Assembly: GCA_965248575.1 (NCBI GenBank)
Contig: CBDFJQ010000002.1
Span: 3,744,001-3,808,000, forward strand
Direction: 5' to 3'
Source: Planctomycetota bacterium
Lineage (GTDB): Bacteria; Planctomycetota; B15-G4
DNA length: 64,000 bases
Part shown: positions 1 through 11,652 of the stretch, one piece after another
Layout: each line of letters begins with the position of its first letter
Position numbering within the stretch: position 1 is the stretch's first letter
Notes under the pieces: generated by a model
The model's database searches: none
What the model was told of the DNA's origin: nothing
What the model saw: only the letters and a program-made list of their open reading frames with translations
Made by a program: the position numbers and the translations under genes

Positions 1-2950
1 ACGGCCCAACCCCAAAAGTGAGTTCGGCCATGGCCGCGTCCACGCTGGTGGGGATGGGGACGAGGTGGCGTCGCTCGGGTTTTGAAAGGGTGCGCACGAG
101 CGCGATGGCCTTCTCCCGCAGCCAACCAGGGACGAGCCAGGGCAGGCGTTCTTCCGGGAGTTGTTCGAGCAGGGGCAACGGAACGCGCACGCTGACGCCG
201 TCGTCCTCCTCCCCCGGCGACATGGCGTAGTGCAGTTCGAGCGACTTGTCCGCGACCATCAGGTGGTCGGGGTAGGCCGTCTCCATGAGCTCGCCCACTT
301 CGCCCCGCAGCAGGTCGCTGAGGTTCATGAACAGCACGCCGGGGTCGAGCTTCTCGGCCCGGCGACGCCAGCGCTGCAAGGCCTGGGTGCCTGTGATGGT
401 CTCGGGCAGCAGGCGGTCGTAGAAGTCGTAACGGACGTCGAGGTCGGCCAGCAGGCCTCGGCGTCTGGTGCGCGCCTCCAGGGCGGCGACGCTGTTCACG
501 AGGTCGACGTTGTGGCGCAGGAAGGGCGCGCTCGCGTTCACGTCCCCCTCGGCGAGGGCGCGCAGGAAGATCTCGCGCGAGATGACGGGGTCGATGGTGT
601 CGTAGAACACCCGGCGGCGGGGGATGATCACCAGCTCGCCGAGGCTGACGCGTTCGAGCGCGACGGCGCGGCCCGAGGGTCGGTCCCAGCTGGGCTCTTG
701 GTGGCTGCGTTTGACGAGGTCCTTGGCGAAGAGCTCGACGTCGCGCGGATCGATTCGCGCCACGGTTCGTGCCCAGCGTCGCTCGGTCTCAAAGACCTCG
801 GCGGCCACGATCCAGCGTGGCTTGCGTTCGAAGACCGCCGAGCCGGGCCAGATCCAGAGGGTGCTGCCGTCAGGAGCGGTGTACTCGTGCTTGGAGGTCT
901 TCTCGGCGATGCGCGTGGGGAAGCCTGCCAGCAACGAACGGTGGATGGCTTCCCGGTCGTCTCGGCGCTCCGCACCCGGCTTCCAGTGCTTGGTCCAGCC
1001 CTGTTGCTTGGCCATGTCCATGAGCTGCGCCAGGACGTCCGACCACTCCCGGCAACGGGCTGGTGAGAGGAAGAGCTTGCGCGCTGCTGCAGCGAACTTG
1101 CGGCGTCGGCCGTGCTTGCGTTGAAGGGCGTCGATGGCGTCCCAGAGCAGGAGCAGGGACATGAGGTCGGACTCGCCGTCGTCGAAGGCGGCGTGGGCAC
1201 GGTCGGCGGCTTCCTGTTTGCCCTGGGGCCGCTCCCGCGGGTCCCCCACCTCGAGCGCCGCCACCAGGATCAGCATCGAGCGCAGGCAGCCTTGCTCCTG
1301 GGCCTCCAGCAGGATGCGCCCCAGGCGCGGGTCCACGGGCAGTCGGGCCAGGGTCTTGCCCAGTTCGCTCAGCCGCTCTCCTTCACCCAGGGCACCGATT
1401 TCGTGCAGGGTGCGCCGGCCGTCGGCCACGTGGCTGCGTCGTGGCGGGTCGAGGAAGGGGAAGTCCTCCACCCGACCCAGCTTGAGGTCCGCCATCTGCA
1501 GCATGACCGCCGCGAGGTTGCTGCGTTGGATCTCCGGTGTCGTGTATTCGGGGCGCTTCTCGAACTCGTCTTCGCTGTAGAGCCGAACGCAGACGCCTGG
1601 GCCCAGGCGACCGCAGCGGCCCGCCCTTTGCTGGGCTGCCGCCTGGCTGATGTCCTCGATGGGCAGGCGTTGTACGCGAGTGCGCGGGGAGTAGCGGCTG
1701 GTGCGCGCAGTGCCCGTGTCGACCACGGCGCGGATGCGCGGCACGGTCACCGAGGACTCGGCCACATTGGTGGACAGGATCACGCGTCGCCGTGCGCCGC
1801 CATCCTCAAAGACCTTGCGCTGCTCGGCGATGGCCAGGCGCGCGTAGAGCGGCAGCACATCCACCGGGACGTCGGTGAGCCGGCGCCCGCGCAACACCTT
1901 GGTGCATTCCAGGATGTCGCGCTCGGTGGGCAGGAAGACCAGCACGTCGCCGGGCGCTTCGCGCAGTAGGTCCTGGGTTGCATCCGCCACGGCCCGGGAA
2001 ACGTCCACCTCGCCCGTGGCCTCGTCGACATCCGGCTGCTCATATCGGACCTCGACGGGGTGCAACCGCCCGCCTACCTCGACGATGGGGGCCGGCACGC
2101 CGCCTCGCCCCAGCCACTCGGCGAAGCGTTGGGCGTCGAGGGTGGCCGAGGTGACCACGAGCTTGAGTTCCGGTCGCCGCGGCAGGAGCTTGAGCAGGTA
2201 GCCCAGCAGGTAGTCGATGTTCAGCGAACGCTCGTGGGCCTCGTCCACCAGGATCGCGTCGTAAGCCAGCAGCTGTGGGTCGCCGCGGGTCTCGGCCAGC
2301 AGGATGCCGTCCGTCATGAGCTTGATGTAGGTGTCGGCCGACGTGCTGTCGTTGAAGCGCACCTTGAAGCCCACGTCCTTGCCGAGCGGCGAGCCCATCT
2401 CGTGGGCGATGCGGTGGGCGAGGGTGCGGGCCGCGACGCGCCGGGGTTGCGTGTGCCCGATGAAGCCGTCCCGCCCATGGCCCAGTTCGAGCAGCAGCTT
2501 GGGCAACTGGGTGGACTTGCCGGAGCCCGTCTCGCCACACACGACGACCACCTGGTGCTCGCGCAGGGCGGCGGCGATCTCTCCGCGCTGGGCGCTGACC
2601 GGAAGCTCGGGGGGATAGGTCGGTGTGGGTGCGCGCTCCGCGCGACGGAGTTTGAGTCGCGCACTCTCCGTCAGCTGGCGGGTGAGGCGGCTCAGGTTCT
2701 TGTCGTGGGGCTGGCCACGTGCCCTGGCCTGGGTGACGCGCCGCAGCAGGCGTTGCAGGGCAGGAACGTCGGCCCTGAGTGCGGTCGAGAGTTGCTCCGG
2801 GCTCGGCAGGTCCTCCGGAGCCTTTGACGTGGGGCTGGATGGCTGGGTGCGGGGCTGCTCGTCACCGCCCAGTGGGCGGCTCTCCGACCGTCCCGTCTCT
2901 CCATCAACCGGGGTCCGGGCCTGGTTCCGGGGGCGGTTGGGAGTGGCCAT
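1..2950 (-). CDS. hrpA: ATP-dependent RNA helicase HrpA (3' end runs off the window)
   Basis: Not in the ORF track because no stop lies in the window. Manual translation from ATG at 2950 gives MATPNRP...YPPELPVSAQRGEIAAALREHQVVVVCGETGSGKSTQLPK (motif I), then HTQPRRVAA, VDEAHERS (DEAH), TSAT, STNVAESSVT and QRAGRCGR. Confidence 0.93.
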   Translation of the reverse strand, partial: MATPNRPRNQARTPVDGETGRSESRPLGGDEQPRTQPSSPTSKAPEDLPSPEQLSTALRADVPALQRLLRRVTQARARGQPHDKNLSRLTRQLTESARLKLRRAERAPTPTYPPELPVSAQRGEIAAALREHQVVVVCGETGSGKSTQLPKLLLELGHGRDGFIGHTQPRRVAARTLAHRIAHEMGSPLGKDVGFKVRFNDSTSADTYIKLMTDGILLAETRGDPQLLAYDAILVDEAHERSLNIDYLLGYLLKLLPRRPELKLVVTSATLDAQRFAEWLGRGGVPAPIVEVGGRLHPVEVRYEQPDVDEATGEVDVSRAVADATQDLLREAPGDVLVFLPTERDILECTKVLRGRRLTDVPVDVLPLYARLAIAEQRKVFEDGGARRRVILSTNVAESSVTVPRIRAVVDTGTARTSRYSPRTRVQRLPIEDISQAAAQQRAGRCGRLGPGVCVRLYSEDEFEKRPEYTTPEIQRSNLAAVMLQMADLKLGRVEDFPFLDPPRRSHVADGRRTLHEIGALGEGERLSELGKTLARLPVDPRLGRILLEAQEQGCLRSMLILVAALEVGDPRERPQGKQEAADRAHAAFDDGESDLMSLLLLWDAIDALQRKHGRRRKFAAAARKLFLSPARCREWSDVLAQLMDMAKQQGWTKHWKPGAERRDDREAIHRSLLAGFPTRIAEKTSKHEYTAPDGSTLWIWPGSAVFERKPRWIVAAEVFETERRWARTVARIDPRDVELFAKDLVKRSHQEPSWDRPSGRAVALERVSLGELVIIPRRRVFYDTIDPVISREIFLRALAEGDVNASAPFLRHNVDLVNSVAALEARTRRRGLLADLDVRYDFYDRLLPETITGTQALQRWRRRAEKLDPGVLFMNLSDLLRGEVGELMETAYPDHLMVADKSLELHYAMSPGEEDDGVSVRVPLPLLEQLPEERLPWLVPGWLREKAIALVRTLSKPERRHLVPIPTSVDAAMAELTFGVGP

Positions 2951-3236
2951 CGCGGCATGGTAGCGGAGGAGCTTCCGTGCGTCTTGATGCGTCTGCGAGT
3001 TCGAGCTCGGCTAGTTGGCGGTGAGGCGTCCCGTGGCGGGTCATGTCGGTCATGAGGGCCACGACTTCGTCGGGGCCCTTGTCCGCCTCGAGACGGAGTT
3101 CTGCGACTTGTTCGCTGACGAGTCCAACTCCATCGGTCATGGCAGCCACGATGAACGTGGTGACCACGATTCCAATCAGTAGTTCGAGCAGTGTGAATCC
3201 GCCGGAGGACCGGCGACGCGGAGGCATCAAGAGCAT
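2904..3236 (-). pseudogene. Prepilin-type N-terminal cleavage/methylation protein, probably a truncated remnant
   Basis: MLLMPPRRRSSGG/FTLLELLIGIVVTTFIVAAM is a class III signal with G-1, F+1, E+5. The ORF is short, ends in low-complexity sequence and overlaps the hrpA start. No other pil/gsp genes are nearby. Confidence 0.5.
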
Positions 3237-3426
3237 GTTCGGCTTCCTTGTGGTGAGCCTCCTCTTCAGGCGCAGCCCACTCATCGGGCCCGGGATGGGG
3301 TGAGTTGGGTGTTCGCTGGAAACTGTCTCAAGGCCGTGGCGCACTGATGGCCTCGGCCATCCGGTGTAGACTGCGCGTCCCCCCGGATCTGTCGCTCATC
3401 TCTCCCGAACCTCCTGAGCCGATCCC

Positions 3427-4830
3427 ATGCAGTTCTCCCGCAGCTCCTTTGTCTTCGTCCATCTCTTGCTCGGGGTGTCGATCTCGAGCGCCGTGATGGC
3501 GCAGTCCTCTCTCCCTGTTCAGCGCCACGCTTTCCCTGAGCCCTTGGTCGACGCGTGGTCAGCCGTCGGCGCCTTGCAACCGCTGCAGATCGAACGGTTG
3601 GGCACGGCAGCGGACGCGGCGGTCCCGCTGCGAGCCGTGCAGGGAAGACTGTCGCCGGCGCTCGAGCAGCTCCTACGCGATCCCGCGTCGGTGGGGCGAC
3701 TGCTTCAGCTCAACGCCTTCGTCGACCGCCCGCTCGTCGTGCGCTTGGAAACCTTCGTGGCCCCTGCGTTCAGCGATGCCGTCTGGCTGGGCGTTCTCGT
3801 GGGTGAGCCGAGCAGTCGCGTGCAGGTGGCTCTCAGCGGGGACGCCTTGGTGGCTGAGATCTCCTCGCTGAGCGTCGGTCGATTCAGCATCCGCCCCGCT
3901 GGGGGTGGCGCTCATCACATGCTGGAGTGGCCCCTTGAGGAACACCATGTTTGCGGGGTGACGGGCGCCGGTGTGCGCTCGGCTGCTGCGCAACCAGCGG
4001 CGAGTGTCCAGGGCGCAGCGACGTTCCCGACGGGGGGCGCGCGCTCACATCCCGTGCGCAAGCTTCCTCCTGTGGGCGGCGTGCTGTCCTCGCCGCCCCT
4101 GCTCCCAGGCTCGGGGGGGGCGACGCTCGGTACCCTCGACCCACCGACGGATCCCTTGTTCGTCGACGTGCTCGTGGTCTACAGCCCCGCGGCGCTGTCT
4201 TTGGTGGGCGGCGTGTCCGCCATGCAGGCACTGGCCGACGGACACATCGCCTACACCAACGGTGTCTACGCGGACAGTGGTGTGGAGCATCGCGTGCGCC
4301 TCGTGGGCTTGGCAGAAACCGCCTATGTGGAATCCGGCAATCTGCTCACGGACATCGACCGGCTGAAGAAGACCAGCGACGGCTTCATGGATGAGGTGCA
4401 TCCCCTGCGCAACAGCGTGGCGGCCGACCTCGTCAGCCTGATCGTGGTCGCGGGCTCCGCGGGGACGGCCTACATGCTCGACGTCCTGGACACGTCCTTC
4501 GCCAGTGAGGCCTTCAGCGCCCTGTCGAGTGCGTCAGCCGGGCTCGTGTTCGCGCACGAGGTGGGCCACAACATGGGGCTCAGCCACAACAACGGACCAG
4601 GCGCGCCTGCAACGGTGTTCTGCGATGCCTTCGGCCATCGCACGGTTGGGCCTCAATACCGGACGATCATGTCCAACCCGCCTGGCATCCGCGTGGACTT
4701 CTTCTCCAACCCCGACCTGACCTTCGATGGTTTTGCCTTGGGTGTGAGCGGTGTGGGCTGCCCGTCCGATGCGGCGGACAGTGTTCGCACCATGAAGGCC
4801 ACCGCACCCATCGTGGCCGCTTTCCGCTAG
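3427..4830 (+). CDS. Secreted reprolysin-like (M12B) zinc metallopeptidase
   Basis: Signal peptide (SSAVMA/Q), prodomain, VDVLVVYS, metzincin motif HEVGHNMGLSH and Met-turn TIMS. Confidence 0.85.
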   Translation: MQFSRSSFVFVHLLLGVSISSAVMAQSSLPVQRHAFPEPLVDAWSAVGALQPLQIERLGTAADAAVPLRAVQGRLSPALEQLLRDPASVGRLLQLNAFVDRPLVVRLETFVAPAFSDAVWLGVLVGEPSSRVQVALSGDALVAEISSLSVGRFSIRPAGGGAHHMLEWPLEEHHVCGVTGAGVRSAAAQPAASVQGAATFPTGGARSHPVRKLPPVGGVLSSPPLLPGSGGATLGTLDPPTDPLFVDVLVVYSPAALSLVGGVSAMQALADGHIAYTNGVYADSGVEHRVRLVGLAETAYVESGNLLTDIDRLKKTSDGFMDEVHPLRNSVAADLVSLIVVAGSAGTAYMLDVLDTSFASEAFSALSSASAGLVFAHEVGHNMGLSHNNGPGAPATVFCDAFGHRTVGPQYRTIMSNPPGIRVDFFSNPDLTFDGFALGVSGVGCPSDAADSVRTMKATAPIVAAFR

Positions 4831-4917
4831 CGCCTGCGCGCGCTTTGTGCGCAATCGTCCCTGCCGAAGATGGCATCCTGTCTCGCCCAGACGGCCCTCA
4901 GGAATGGAGCAGCCCGC

Positions 4918-5774
<857 letters not shown>

Positions 5775-5778
<4 letters not shown>

Positions 5779-7337
5779 CGGTCGTCGCCGATGTAGCCGA
5801 GGGCCCTCAAGCTCTCATAGGTTTCGGCATCCAACTCGGCCTGCTCGACGCGGAGGCCGTCGGTGCGCGATGCGCTGATTTCGCGCGAGGTCTGTTCCAG
5901 CTCTTGGCGCAGGGCTTGATCGATTTTCGAAGGGGCTTGCACGTCGAACAGGCTGTTCAACTCGGCGGCATCTCGGGAGAGATCGAAGCGCGTGAAGCGG
6001 TAGCGGTGCTCAGCCGGCAAGGCGAGGTTCTCCATGAGCTTCTGGCTCCCCCGCCGGAGCACCCGGTAGTGTGCCTCGTCCATGTCGAGCTCTGAGTAGA
6101 CGCTTTCCCGCGCGGGGGCTGATGTGCTCTCAGAGGTTGCGCCAAGCGGGAGCCCCTTGTTCGAGGACAGGTACGGGGAGAGGTCGTGTCCCTGATGAGC
6201 CTCGACGGTGGGGACGCCGACTGCGGCGAGCACCGTGGGCGCGACATCCAAGAGGCTCACCGGATCGCTGACAAAGGAGGCCGCGAGCGCGTCGCTCCGT
6301 GCAGCCACCGGTGCCGCCACGGGTGCAGCATGCGGCTTGATGATCAGCGGCACCCGGATCTGCTCTTCGAAGAGATCGATGCCGTGGCCGCGACGGGTGT
6401 GGTCCCAGAGGCCCTCGCCGTGGTCGGAGGTCAACACCACGAACACGTCATCCAGAGATCCGACTTGCTGCGAGACGCCTTCGAGAAGGCGACCAATCCA
6501 CTCATCGCAGTAGCGCACCTCGCCGCGGTAGAGGGCTTGGATGCGGCCGCGATCCTGCTCGCTGAGTTGGTGCACGGACTCCGAGTCCATGGCCTCAAGG
6601 TCGGTTCGGGAACCGCTGAAGCGACCGTCTGCGAAGCGCGGGTTCTCGGGGCCGTGAGGCAGGTAGGGGGAGTGGGGGTCGATGTAGTGCAAGGAAAGGA
6701 AGAGCGAGCGTCCGCTGGCAGCCGGTGTCGCGCGCCAGGCCGCGAGCTCCTCGAGAGCTTCGCGCGTGATGGCTTCGGCCGGGTGGACGAGCACGTCGTC
6801 GGGGTAACCGGCGAGCAAGTCGTCAGACGGAGTGCGGTAGCTGTCGTAGCCCTGGGCGAAGCCGTGCGTCGGGCTGACGTTGCCGTTGGCGTAGAGACCG
6901 ATGCAGTCGAAGTCGCCCGTCGCCTTGAGGCTCTCTGCGAGTGTGGAGGCGCTGTCGGCCAAGCCGTCGTTACGCCCCACGCAGCCCAGGGCCGAGGGGA
7001 AGCGGCCGGTGAAGAGCGAGGCCACCGAGGCACGCGTCCATGAAGAGCTAGCCAGGGCGTTGCTGAAGACGGTGCCCTGCTCGGCCAGGGCGTCGATGTT
7101 CGGTGTCAGGCCCTTGGCCGACCCGCACGCGCCCACGTGGTCGGCACGCAGGGTGTCCACCAGGATCATGAGCAGGAGCCTGGGGCGTTGGGTGGTGTCG
7201 GCGGCGGCAGCGCGTGACGGTGTCGCTTCCGAATGATGCGTGGCGACGGGTTCCGGTGGCGCCTCGCTGCATCCAGCGCAAGCAAGGCCCACAGCGGTGG
7301 TAGCAAGCAGAGTCAGGATCCAGGAGCGTGAACACAT
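5775..7337 (-). CDS. Sulfatase / alkaline-phosphatase-superfamily lipoprotein
   Basis: C-terminal part of the 1072-aa track ORF. Signal/lipobox (GLACAGC), [39 protein letters not shown] and the LRALGY tail. Confidence 0.85.
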
Positions 7338-7574
7338 GCCGGGGAGTCTACTCGTTCGGGCAAACGACGCCGTGAACACTGCACAGGTCTGCGCCATGCA
7401 TGGGAACCGAAGTTCCGAGACGCAGGAGTCGTTCAACCCATGTTCCCGGGCGTTGGGCGCTTCAAAAAAGCGGCAAGAAAGTTGTCCTCTCACGACATGA
7501 GCGAACGCTCTCTGTGAGGGAGCGGGTTGCGCCCAGCTCTTGTTCTTTCCCACCCATGCCCAAGGGAACCAACC

Positions 7575-9143
7575 ATGCAGACCATGTTGCCGCCAGAACA
7601 ACATTCTCTGAGGAAGCGCGTCGTGATTCCGGCCGTGGGAGTCCTGGTGTTCATCATCGTCTTGCTTTCGAGCTCGGCGCACGGCCAGGCCACGCCGCTC
7701 TTCGATCTCATCGCCGACGGTCTGATCGAAGAAGATCCCTTGGTGCTGCCGTTCAACGGTGGGCTCGACGGCTGGGGATATGACGACAGCTATGCGTCGC
7801 AGATGGTGGCGTGGATCGACCTGACGCTGACGCACCCGATGGATGGCCAGAACAACCAACTGGTGAAGCTGTACGACAACCAGTTTGCAACGGGCGGTGG
7901 GCTGGTGGACGTGACGCAGCAGGTGCTCGACCCGGCGATCTGGGCGTCGATCCAGGCCAACCCCACGACGGACCCCAACAGCGTGTTCGATCGCGTGTAC
8001 GAGATGCGGCAGTTCCGGGTGGGCGCATCGCACCTGGCGGGTTGGGTGCTGGTGCGGCACCAGAAGCGCGACACGGTGCTGCAGTGGGACTTCGGGCTGG
8101 GGTACTACAAGGTGACAGGTGTCGTGGGCAGCGACGAACTGAGCGAGCACTGCAAGTGTGCCGGCGGCGGCTCCGGCATCTGGGATCAGAGCGGAATGCT
8201 GCCTGACTTCTGCGACCGGCGTTGGACGACGGGCCAGGACAATGCGGACATCGATGGAGACTTCGACCGGGATCTCGTGACCTGCTATCGCGACGGTCGG
8301 CCGCGCTACTTCAAGAACGACGGCTTGGGTGGCTTCTCGGAAGCGCAGGCACTGCCGCCAGACCCCGATGAGGTCAACCTCGGCCTGCTTCGTCCGGGTA
8401 TCGGCAATCGCGACATCCACTTGGCGGATCTGGACGGCGACGGCGACCAGGATCTCATCGTGGCGCGGATGCACTCCAATGGTTCCAACGATTGCCAACA
8501 TGCGGGGCTCACGGCGGCCATCGTCTACAAGTTTGACGAGACCGATCAGACGGTGCCGGGCGGGACGTACGTCTACTGGTATCGCTTGAGGCCCGGCGTG
8601 GGCGAAGACATCGAGAAGGTGGGCGGCACATGGCAGTCGAAGGGCTTTGGCAGCTCGTCGCTCTCCCTGAGTGTGGCGGACCTCGACAACGATGGCGCCA
8701 TCGACCTCGTGCAACCGATCCTGGACTCCCCGGATGGCAACAAGAAGGTGCGCGTCTACATGAATGACGGCACCGGTCATCTGGGCGGTGGTAGCCACCG
8801 CCCGAGCGGCTACATAGGCGACCCCAATCGTTCGGTGGCCTTCGCATCGCTGGAAGATCTCAACGACGACGGGCGCATCGACGTCGTGCTCTGCTACCTG
8901 CACGGCAACACCGTGGCCCAGACCAACGACAAGGTGTACCTGAACTTCCCCGGCGCGCCGGGGGCTGCCATCCCCAGGTTCCGCTTCGCCCAAGCCATTC
9001 CGTCACAGCTAGGTGCGGTCTCGGACAACACCCGCTATGTGCGCTTCGCTGACTTCGATGACGACGGCGACCTTGACTACATCGAGAGCAACTTTCTGGA
9101 CGGCGCCAACACGCGCGTGTTCTTCAACACGACCTACAACTGA
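7575..9143 (+). CDS. Secreted FG-GAP/VCBS-repeat protein
   Basis: N-terminal hydrophobic signal; repeated D-x-D/N-x-DG-x-x-D motifs (DIDGDFDRD, DLDGDGDQD, DLDNDGAID, DLNDDGRID, DFDDDGDLD). Confidence 0.82.
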   Translation: MQTMLPPEQHSLRKRVVIPAVGVLVFIIVLLSSSAHGQATPLFDLIADGLIEEDPLVLPFNGGLDGWGYDDSYASQMVAWIDLTLTHPMDGQNNQLVKLYDNQFATGGGLVDVTQQVLDPAIWASIQANPTTDPNSVFDRVYEMRQFRVGASHLAGWVLVRHQKRDTVLQWDFGLGYYKVTGVVGSDELSEHCKCAGGGSGIWDQSGMLPDFCDRRWTTGQDNADIDGDFDRDLVTCYRDGRPRYFKNDGLGGFSEAQALPPDPDEVNLGLLRPGIGNRDIHLADLDGDGDQDLIVARMHSNGSNDCQHAGLTAAIVYKFDETDQTVPGGTYVYWYRLRPGVGEDIEKVGGTWQSKGFGSSSLSLSVADLDNDGAIDLVQPILDSPDGNKKVRVYMNDGTGHLGGGSHRPSGYIGDPNRSVAFASLEDLNDDGRIDVVLCYLHGNTVAQTNDKVYLNFPGAPGAAIPRFRFAQAIPSQLGAVSDNTRYVRFADFDDDGDLDYIESNFLDGANTRVFFNTTYN

Positions 9144-11542
9144 GCGCGCTTCGTCGGGCGTTCAGCGAGCTGCCAGGTGACGCGCCCCAGGGCTTGCCCC
9201 TTGTGGAGTTGGATCAGCGCCACTTCGTAGCGGGCAGCGCGGGCAGTGCGGGCGTTGCATGCTTTTGGCAGGGCCACATGCAAGGTGACGTCGTGGGTCT
9301 CGCGGCTGCGTAGGCGCGCGGTGCCCAGGCTCGTGATGCTCGAGGTACTCAAGCGTGTGCGAGCCCCAGGCTCGAACGCCCCTTCGGGGGAAGTCATCCG
9401 GGCGAGAAGCTGCTCGGGTAGTTCAACTTCCACTGTAGCGCCGCGGGGCAGCCTCGCTTCGACACGCAACTCCATCTCTTCCTCTTGAGCTGGGTCATCA
9501 TGGGCTGCACCGAAGACGCCTGCGGCGAGTGACCAGGTACCCGAACCGTTGGCTGGCACCACGTTGAAGTTGCGCCAAGCGACGTTGTTCTCGGTGCGCA
9601 CATGCGACTTGTACGCTTCGATGTCGGCAAATGCGTCTGGTACGAACAACGGATCTTTGGCGTGCCCCACCGTTGCGATCAGGCAGTAGTGACCAGGGGT
9701 TGGAAGATTCGTCCATGCGATGGGGCCAGCGATGGCCAGCGTGTTTCCTTGCGGAACGTCGACGAGCGCCGTGCCGATGGGCTGCCACTGCACGGGTTCG
9801 ATCAAGGTCGCTGGCTTGGAGAAGTAGACCGACACCAAGGCGTCAGTGACGTCGCTGCCGCCCCGGTTCTGCACACGAACAAAGAGCTCGGCGGCGGTCT
9901 GCCCCTCAACCAGGTCCGTGCTGAGGTCGTCGTTGCTCTTGGTGTTGCTGGGTTCACCGTAGGCAGCGTCAGGGGTGGAGGACGTCAACGGTGTGGAGCG
10001 CAGGATGATGTCGGGGCTGCGCGAGAGCATCCCGGTGTGGGGGCCGCCCATGTCACCCACGTTGTCGCGAATGTAGAGGTCAGGCAGCAGGCCCAACTCG
10101 ACGGCAATCTGCTTGAGGTTGGGTTGCACCCCGATCACGTGCGCATCGCCGTTGCTAAGCGTTGTGTTGATCGCGGGATCCCTGTTTCCAAGCAGCGCTC
10201 GCATCTGCATGGGTGGCAAGTACGTCAACGCACCCGCAGCGCCGTTCCGAACCAGGCCTTGGACCACCAGCGCGGCGCCAGCCACGATGGCGGATGCTGA
10301 GGAAGTGCCGCCAAAGCCGGACGATCCATCGTCCTTGAAGACGGTGGCCTCGGCAGTGGCATTGGGGTCGGCCCCGGGATCAGGGCAGGGGACTTCACCG
10401 AGGACTGGGACGGTCCCGTTGGGTGTCGCGGTGCCCGCGTAGACTTCGAAACCCCACGAGAAGCAATCGATGCGATTGCCGGTGCAGCCCTGCTCAATGG
10501 CTTTGTGGCCGTCGCTCCCCCATTGGGATTGGCCCACCATGATGGCGCCCGAATCACCGGCGAGTGGGCTTTGGTTCAACGCCAGGGTTGGCCCCGGCCC
10601 GAGGCTCGCGTTGGCCGTTCCTCCATTGCCTGCTGCCTCCACCACCACGACATGGTTTGCCACGGCGAGCTGAATCATGTCGAACACCTGCCACGCCATC
10701 TCGACCGGGCCAAGAATGCCGCTCTTGAAGGATGAGTCGAAGTCCTTCACGACCTTCTGCACTTCGAGCAGGAGCACGCTGCCGGGGAGATGCGCCGAGA
10801 GCTTGTCGAGGGCCTCAAGAATGGCGGCAGCTGTATCGTGCTTGCAGCCGTCCACCCGTTTCTCCGCTGACAGGATGACGTGAGCGACTTCATGTGCGAC
10901 ACCGAGGCCGAACACGTTGTTCACCCGACCCAGGCAAGTGGCGAGCGCTTCGGTGCCGTGCGGAACCCAGTCGTCTTCCCACACGCCACCTGGCAGCGTG
11001 TCGAACAGCACGTCCGGCTGCTTGAACTCGATGTGGCCCGTGTGCCAACCGCGTTCGACGTCTGCCAACACCTCCCCCTGGCCACGCCCGCCGGGCATGC
11101 CCCACACTGATTCGGCACCGACACCCGCGTCCGCCGGGTCCAGATGCTGCAGGTCCTTCGCCCCAGGTGCTACGCCGTCGCTGACGGGGAGTGGAGCGAG
11201 CAGTGTCTCCACGGAAACCCGGTCGACCGGGAGTTGATCGAACATGTGTTGGCGTACCTTTGCAGCGATGTTCCTTCTGGGTGCGCTACCTGACCACAAG
11301 GCGCGCTTCGGGAGCAGCACTCGATACGCATCTGCAAAGCGCGGCGGCCGATAGCCCGGGCTGAGTGTTTGCGCGCGCCTGACGAGCGCGCGGATGCTCG
11401 CCAACTGTTGACTGTCGTAGAGCGGCTCAGCGACGGCCCCTGGGTAGATGTGCGTGACAGAATCGGCTGTCAGCAAATCTTCTGTCTTGGCCTGGACGAT
11501 CACCTGTGGCGGATCGAGTCGGACTCCCCGTGAATTGACCAT
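9134..11542 (-). CDS. S8 (subtilisin-like) serine peptidase with C-terminal beta-sandwich extension, no obvious signal peptide
   Basis: Catalytic D (LADVERG), H (PHGT), oxyanion N (AAGNG) and S (GGTSSAS); C-terminal DLYIRDN...SPDI...NNVAWRN module. Overlaps the convergent FG-GAP gene by 10 bp. Confidence 0.85.
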   Translation of the reverse strand: MVNSRGVRLDPPQVIVQAKTEDLLTADSVTHIYPGAVAEPLYDSQQLASIRALVRRAQTLSPGYRPPRFADAYRVLLPKRALWSGSAPRRNIAAKVRQHMFDQLPVDRVSVETLLAPLPVSDGVAPGAKDLQHLDPADAGVGAESVWGMPGGRGQGEVLADVERGWHTGHIEFKQPDVLFDTLPGGVWEDDWVPHGTEALATCLGRVNNVFGLGVAHEVAHVILSAEKRVDGCKHDTAAAILEALDKLSAHLPGSVLLLEVQKVVKDFDSSFKSGILGPVEMAWQVFDMIQLAVANHVVVVEAAGNGGTANASLGPGPTLALNQSPLAGDSGAIMVGQSQWGSDGHKAIEQGCTGNRIDCFSWGFEVYAGTATPNGTVPVLGEVPCPDPGADPNATAEATVFKDDGSSGFGGTSSASAIVAGAALVVQGLVRNGAAGALTYLPPMQMRALLGNRDPAINTTLSNGDAHVIGVQPNLKQIAVELGLLPDLYIRDNVGDMGGPHTGMLSRSPDIILRSTPLTSSTPDAAYGEPSNTKSNDDLSTDLVEGQTAAELFVRVQNRGGSDVTDALVSVYFSKPATLIEPVQWQPIGTALVDVPQGNTLAIAGPIAWTNLPTPGHYCLIATVGHAKDPLFVPDAFADIEAYKSHVRTENNVAWRNFNVVPANGSGTWSLAAGVFGAAHDDPAQEEEMELRVEARLPRGATVEVELPEQLLARMTSPEGAFEPGARTRLSTSSITSLGTARLRSRETHDVTLHVALPKACNARTARAARYEVALIQLHKGQALGRVTWQLAERPTKRAQL

Positions 11543-11652
11543 CGTTCAGGCTCCCTGCTGGATTTGCCCTCGTTCCAAAGCGAGCCCTATAGTAAGCAGC
11601 CAGATGAAGGTTGATGGTTGGAAGTCCGGGTTCCACCACAGGAGATGATCTG

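Noticed and set aside
161..2827. Plus-strand ORFs of 250-300 aa
   Set aside because: Antisense shadows of hrpA in high-GC DNA, with no motifs.
7338..8993. N-terminal half of the 1072-aa ORF 5775..8993
   Set aside because: It is the antisense shadow of the FG-GAP gene; the sulfatase signal peptide begins at 7337.
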